The notes beneath the pieces are model-generated. The model was given only the letters and a program-made list of their open reading frames with translations. It was not told where the DNA came from and did no database searches. A DNA stretch of 57,465 bases, counting the filler, from Sluysia triapertura (taxonomy: Eukaryota), in assembly GCA_046118255.1 (NCBI GenBank). It is 4 parts of 4 records of this genome, joined end to end, with 100 filler letters (N's around TTAATTAATTAA, not from the genome) between each part and the next. Parts side by side here need not be neighbours in the genome. Positions count along the whole stretch, not along the records: positions 46,624 to 57,465 come from JBJNIA010192794.1; 3 more parts are not named here. One strand, 5' to 3'. Shown here piece by piece: positions 50,726 to 57,465 of this stretch. Each line of letters starts with the position of its first letter. Position 1 is the first letter of the stretch. Position numbers and translations under genes: made by a program.

Positions 50726-53700
50726 CTATAATATAATGTAACGATAGTAATAATAAAATAATAATAATAATAATAAGTCGAATTTTGTAAAAATATAAAA
50801 CATCTTTCCATAGATACAAAAAATGTCACATTGATTCAGTGATACAGAAAGTATGTAACTAATTTAACACTATTTTTATCAAATGTGTCAAAAGGCACCT
50901 TTTAACTTTTTATTTTGAAATTATTTTCTAAATTTAACCATTTTTTCTCAATTCAATTTTTGACTTTTTATATAATAATTGTTAACCTTTTCAATACGAC
51001 TTTTGGCAAGTGAAGATATTGTTGTATAATTGAACTAAATGTGCTGTAAATAAGTAAAGAAACATGTTTACATAATTTCAGATTTTTAGAAAATATGGTT
51101 TTTGAAAAAATTCCTTGAGACACATGTCCCTGAAGTAGTTTAATTATGGAATTAATAACATTCTCTGGGACTTATAATCTCCGCAGTAGTGAAAGGGTAA
51201 AATTTATTTATCTAAATATATGTACCTAGTATACAAATAGGTATGCACGCAATCGTGGTAGAAAGTGTTACTACGGATATCTGATCTGAATATAATAACT
51301 ACTACTTCAGATATTATGATTGAACATAAACATAAAAAAATATCAATTAGCCATATTAAAATTTAATAATTAATCATTTTTGTAAGAAAACTATTGATAT
51401 TACTTATTTAGTGTGTACTTTAATTTGGATAGAAAATTTTAATAGAGAAATTGTGAATTTTGTTGCATAAATATTTTCGAAGATTTGTCATAAACAAATT
51501 TCTCTAACCAGTAAAATGAAGAAAGTCGAAATCTAATAGATAAGTTCTAAACACGTTTCAGTTAAGTGTAGTAATAGACAATTTAACATTCTTTGACTTT
51601 ATCTACACTCAAAATGTAACAAAATTGTATAAATAAAAGTAATAGAAAATTTTACGAAGATTTTAATTGGTCACATTTCTGAAACACTTTGTACATCGGT
51701 AAATCAATACTTTTAGTACCAATAAATTGAAACAAATGTGAAATCCGTGAAACCCGTAATTAAGATCACTTTGAAAAATGATTTTAATTCAACATTAAGT
51801 GTTTATGTAATGTATAAATTAACCACATCAAATATCTTTTTTCAATAAAGGTGTAAATTTTGAAATTTATGAAATTTTTTCGAATTTTTAAATTGAAACT
51901 ACGTTTTGACGAGGTTGTTAAATTGTTAATAGGAAGGAGGTAAATACACAAACATCTTAGGTATGAGAATAAGAAAATTACACATCTTTAGTTTCATCAT
52001 ACATTTGTAGAATTGTGTACTATCAGAAGCACTTAAAAGATCTTCATAAATATATTTTAGAATTATTTTATTACAAATGTGCTCTTAAAATTGTAATATT
52101 AAAATATACTTTATGTGGACAAGATTTTAATAATTGTAAAATATTACGTACGTTTTATTATTGAATATCTTACTTTCTGATACATAACAATGGTGTATGT
52201 TGTGCTTAATCCTTAAAGTAAGGGTCATCAATAAGTGTTCTGATGAATTTATTTGCCAAATAACGCTTATTGCCGCTGCTTATGCATGTTGAGTATGCAT
52301 TGTTTATTTATGTTAGCGCTTGGCTATATTCGTTGTATAAAATATGATAGGATATTTTAGATTTGTTTGATCACGTCGTTTCATTGCTTTCATTCGGATT
52401 TCTATATTTTTCGAAGTCAGATGTTACCATTATTTTTGTGTCAAAGTGTCCGTGCCTTGATGATTAAGACAGTGATGCAAAAGAATACTTGAATGTAATA
52501 GAGTAGTGATGGTAGTGATACTAGCAGTAATAATGCTGAAAAAACAGTGATGGGCAGTTTTATTTGGCGAATGTGAACAATTTTACAATGGATTTTTGGC
52601 GTCCAATGAATGTGATATTGCGAAATATATCCGTACCGAAATGGTTAATAGAAATATTTCCATTACTGAAAGTTTGTGTTGGCGATTTGTGAAAGAAAAC
52701 AAAAAAAAGGGAAAATTATCTCTACTTATATTTAATAAGTGAAAATCATATGATTATATTCATACAATAATTATTCAGTTTCCATTTGACTATCGTGCTA
52801 AAAATTTTGAGTTTGAAATGTTTTAGATAACAAGTTTGAAGAAATTTGAGTTAAAGGTTTCGTCTGGAAAGTACATAAGACTATCGTCAACTAAATATCT
52901 GAAGGCTTCATTGTCAGTTGATAATTTTCAGGACATAGCTATCGCTATATCATATCATAAAGTGATGCAGCTGATTTAGTAAGATATGTTTCCATAACAA
53001 CAGCTTAACATATATTATCAAATATCAATGTTATTCAAAAAGAGTGTGTATCATACATAAAACCATTAATTATCAAATTATTTTTTGCGGATATTTATTA
53101 AGTTATTTAATATTAATATTAATATTAATAATAATAATTATTATTATTATTAAAAAATGTCAGAATAAAGAAAATATAAATCTAAATCGAAAATTGACAA
53201 AGGTTAGAGACAAAATTATCAAAATTGTCTATGTCATTTATTAACATCAATATCAACTTTTTGCATAATTATTAAATATTAAATTACTATTTATAAACTA
53301 TTACTTATTAACATTAACATGATTTAATTTTAATTTTACATTGCGAAGCATTATAATACATATTTATAAAGAAATCTGTATATTAAAATAAAAAAGGGTC
53401 ATGTTTTCATCCTAAAAACCCAGTCTTTTGATCTGTACTAAGACTGACTTTAATATAGAAATTTTACTTGAAATTTGAATTCCAGATTTCTGTTAAAATG
53501 GAAACTTTTTTTGAAAATATAACTATTTTTTCTACACTTTTTCGGTAATTCAAGCTAAACAACTTTAATATTTAATATTATTGATTTATTTGAATTTTTA
53601 AATTAATTTATTAATTATTAAATTTGGACGTATTTATACTACTCACAGAAATATAGTAGAAAAAAGTAATATTTTTATTACTACATTGGTTGAATAATAA

Positions 53701-54841
53701 TCTGAATATAATAATTTGAAAATAATACTGTAATTAAAGTAGACAAAAACAAGCTAATTGTATAAGTTTAGAAAATTTATAAGTTTGGAACATCTATTTT
53801 TTGAGTTGCATCACATTTATGAATATTTCCAATATCAGATCACATAAAATGAGCTACAAGTATGTTATAAAATGACCATCTTTGGGTCTTCCTTTTATGT
53901 TATATAAATTCGGACCTTTTATATAAATTCCGCGAGATTCTTGATGTATGCGACGTCAGAAAAGTGTGTATGTGTCATGCACATGACTATTACAGCATAT
54001 TAACAAAACTATTTTTAATTTAATATCGTTTCTAATAATTCTTTTAAATTTATCTTATTGTTATGTTAGTGTGCCACGACACGAACAACTGATCTAGAGT
54101 ATCTACCCCAAATTTTGTTTAGATATGATGTTTCTGATGTTCTTTTATGTTGAACAGATCATGTGAATGTAAAGATAAACTGTGATAGTCCAATTTATTA
54201 CAAAAATCAGTTAACAATAAAATAAATTTCACTCACAATATAAATAATAAAATTATAAATTAAATCACATAACAATTCACTATCTTCTTCACATTCAACA
54301 TTTTAAAACCCTTTTAATATAAAATTTATAAAGTTTATAATGTTAATGAAATTTGCCTATCAATCTTCACAACAAAATTATAACGTATATTATACTATTA
54401 TTTTCTTACTCAGTAATGTTAGATATATCTAACATTTAAATTAATAGTCAAAATAGATGACGAAATTCAAAAGACAAATCTTTTTATGAAAAGTAGGATT
54501 GTTCATAAAAATGGTTTAAGTGTGCAGCATTGAGTTTAAACAATCGGTTTATAAATTCGTATACTAAAGGTTAAAGTCCACTAACAACCATTAAAAAAAT
54601 GAATTGAAAAATAAAAATATTCAATTAATGTAAAATAGAAGGTAACGAAAGATATAAATATTGAGTTACTGTCAGAATTGTGGTATTTTCAATAATTCAG
54701 TAATTTATTGTTTGATTACACATAGAAAGAAACATTAGAAACTAAGCTTTACGTAAGGTGTATCAATTAACACAAAAATTCGGATCATTCTTTCCGTTAA
54801 TTGGTTTGATACTATCATTTATCTAGTACAAACATCATTTC

Positions 54842-55378
54842 AGGCTAGCTACAACTTTAGTTTTAATTATATTATCCATAGTTACCAGATTACCTGAATA
54901 TCCGTTTCCAATTTTCTCCAATATCTTGAAACATGTGTAACAGTTCTATTGTTAGGTTGTCATCACAACCATTTAATACTACAAAAACAACTCACAACAT
55001 TAATTAATTAAACCATATTTTCTAAGAAAAAATAAAACAGCTTCTAGAATGTTCTAGAACAAACTAGAATTCTACTCAAATATGATTGGCTTTTTGTTTG
55101 CATAAATCACCACAGCTAATCATGAAGCATCACAATTTTTCAGTCGCCATCTTAACTATTAATGCAGTTTCGCTTACAAAATTGATTTCATTGGTTTTCA
55201 TTAATTTATTGTTGGATTCAGGTTCTACTCCAATCAGTTTCCAGGACAATATATCGATTTCAGTTCTATCTTTTACAGATTTTTTTCCATGAATATCTTT
55301 TTTATTTTCTCTTGATGAAATAAAAATAGTAAACTTTAACTTAATCTTTTACAAACATGTTTTTTAATCCCGAATTGT
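54842..55378 (-). pseudogene. PAK/STE20-like kinase subdomain I-II fragment interrupted by a solo LTR
   Basis: Removing the LTR and one TSD copy gives TIRD*KTCFKILEKIGNGYSGNLVTMDNIIKTKVVA. Confidence 0.45.
54936..55353 (+). mobile_element. Solo LTR (418 bp) with 6-bp TSD and heat-shock element
   Basis: AACATG|TGTAA...TTACA|AACATG. HSE TTCtaGAAtgTTCtaGAA at 55042-55059, then GATTGG, CATAAAT and AATAAA near the 3' end. Confidence 0.8.
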
Positions 55379-56071
55379 AATGAATTTTATAAAAATTAAA
55401 GATCCTTTGGGATTTTAATTGTAAATAAAAATCTTTATTGTTGTTTATACTCGCTTACATTATTTCATTTTATTACAATGTTAATAAAGACTTTTAGTTC
55501 TTTATTTATTACTTAATATTTACTTTAACCGATGATAAATTATAAAAGAAGTTGATTGATCAATTGTGATAGTAGGATATTGTTTTTAACATAATTTAGA
55601 AGTAAAAATTGTATAAGTTTGAGAAGAATTTTGAAGTGATTGTTTAATAAAATTGTAATGAGACCCTCTTAAGATTACAAAAAATTACAATTATTAAAGA
55701 GCGATTAAGGATTTTATAATAAATTTTACGTTGATATTTGCTTAGTATAGTTACAGGAACGCATAGTTACCTCTTCACGACATAAGATGTTTACTCTAAC
55801 CGGACCCTGCTCAATTTTATTTTGCCGTAGGTTTAGCATTAAGAAAACCACAGCAGTATTAAAACAGCAATCGCAAAAATAGTACTCTATCAGTTATGGC
55901 CACTAAAATGAACAGGAAGATGGTTAACAGTCATCTCAATGTTTTTGCCACAATATTATCATCGAATATTGTAATAAGCAGCATCATACAAAAGATTTGG
56001 CAATTTCATCAGATATTAAACCAATAATTCATAAGCTTAAGCCTTAAATTCAAACTCTTAAAGTTGCACTT

Positions 56072-56195
56072 CGATGTAACGTATGTCACCATTTATTTGC
56101 TACAAATCAAATGTTAAAGGTCATTAAATTTTCCGCACTGTCTTAAAAACCGTTTTCTTGTGATCAGTACAATAGAAGCTTTACGTCGACATGCA
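56072..56195 (+). pseudogene. C2H2 zinc-finger gene fragment
   Basis: RCNVCHHLFATNQMLKV...*KPFSCDQYNRSFTS shows C-x2-C-x3-F-x5-L and a KPF linker. His and Cys ligands are lost. Confidence 0.6.
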
Positions 56196-56482
56196 GATTC
56201 TACTCTTGTAGAAATTCATATGATCAATTGTGGACATGTTGGTACAAGCATAAATTAAATGTAAACTCATCGAGGAAAAACTCGTATAAACACTTACTAT
56301 TAAAGTTTACGTAATATGGAGTCTGATAAAGGTTGCTCATTACAAATCTTATTTTGATATTTGTTTCGATCGATTTTGTGGAAATGTTCATTAATTATAC
56401 ATTATAGTTAGAAAAATTTATTATTTATTGTACAATATTTATAAAATTAACTCTGCTTTTATCTTTTACTTTTATTATTATT

Positions 56483-56701
56483 GAAGATCTGTATTAAGTT
56501 CTTGGTGGGGGACCCTACAGAGATCTAATTCGACTAAGAACAGAAGAAATAAAATTTCGAAAAGTAGCAACTGCTTCTGAAATTCTAGGAGACGATTAAC
56601 AAAGAAAAGAATATGATTATTTGTTATCAATATTTTCGACAACGTTATGGTCTTACAATAGATACTAAAATTGTTATTGCTGTAATTATACCAATATCAT
56701 G
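56483..56701 (+). pseudogene. DNAJC25: DNAJC25-like J-domain gene remnant
   Basis: DLY*VLG...EIKFRKVATASEILGDD*QRKEYDYLL, then YFRQRYGLTIDTKIVIAVII. The HPD segment is missing. Confidence 0.7.
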
Positions 56702-57171
56702 GTAAATGGAAAAAATATTATAAAAAAGTCAAAAAATTAGGTCATCTAGGCCATTAATGAAACTAAAATTAGGAAAAAAATCAATTAAGGATTTATAAAT
56801 CCAATAATTAAGAATAGTATTTACAAAATGTACAATTATTAAAAGACGAAAAAAATTTGTTAAAAAAGTTTAAATATTTAGAAATTTCTACATTACTACG
56901 TTATCACTACTTTAAAAGACATTACTAGGTCTACTAGGTAGGACAGTTTATTGAAAATTATAGCTGATTATTACGTACAAATAACATAAGAAAAGATTAC
57001 CATTGTTTAATTAAGTTGCACGATCCAAATTAAATAGTGTTTATAACTCGATCAGAATCGTGTGTCAGCAAAATATACCATTTTTAAATAATTCAATTTG
57101 AAAGCTAATCCGTGCTTCCACAAGAAGCCCCAAATTTACGTATCGTTTGTCATACATTCGATTCAATAATC

Positions 57172-57245
57172 ATTAAGATGACAATCCCGATTTTTCACAA
57201 TTTGTCCCGCGTCCCGCGACGTTTTTTAAAAGTACCGACTTTTAA
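57172..57245. mobile_element. Possible hAT-type terminus remnant
   Basis: Clustered TCCCG motifs (aatcccgattttt, tgtcccgcgtcccgcg) typical of hAT subterminal repeats. Confidence 0.3.
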
Positions 57246-57465
57246 AATTAAGTTAAATTTTATATTTTTGAAAATCATTGTTTTTGCGTTCTAAGAATCC
57301 TACGGGCTACGAAGACTAACATTTTGTTTTTGTTAACCAGTTACATTGTATTTATTTCTCAGATGATACACTTCGTGTTCGCACTGCTTGCTAGCAAGCT
57401 AATTAAACAAATAAATATTACAAATCTGCTACTTACCATAGAAAATTAAGGTAAGTCTTATGTTA

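Noticed and set aside
51500-51600. LHLTETCLELIY as the missing first half of the PTB domain
   Set aside because: Immediately followed by an in-frame TAG with no suitable donor.
52150-53000. Minus-strand frames with many TAG/TAA suggesting hypermutation
   Set aside because: Stop density approaches the random expectation and no family is recognisable, so coding origin cannot be shown.

Overview
Very AT-rich eukaryotic (invertebrate animal) genomic scaffold with tiny 31-43 nt GT-AG introns and four assembly gaps. The style fits a compact parasite genome such as an orthonectid, but that is inference only. Three genes look intact or nearly so: a two-exon DEG/ENaC channel (35269-36986 +), a CFAP119/CCDC189-like ciliary central-pair gene (from 37161 +), and the 3' part of an FRS2/DOK-type IRS-PTB adaptor (50725-47760 -). 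The rest is largely decayed material. Host-gene fragments include a TDRD12-like helicase, two CCCH fingers, C2H2 fingers, DNAJC25, a PAK-like kinase and several unidentified frames with internal stops. TE remnants include CR1/L2-type LINEs, a hAT, pogo/Tigger, a piggyBac-type MITE and solo LTRs, several carrying heat-shock elements. The most unusual signal is a ~0.7-0.75 kb dispersed family (3 copies). Its interiors are barely alignable, yet all copies share a ~56-nt dyad hairpin at ~90% identity, with a palindromic apex, an overlapping splice-donor motif and a PBS-like tail. All family assignments come from motif recognition by eye; no database searches were run.
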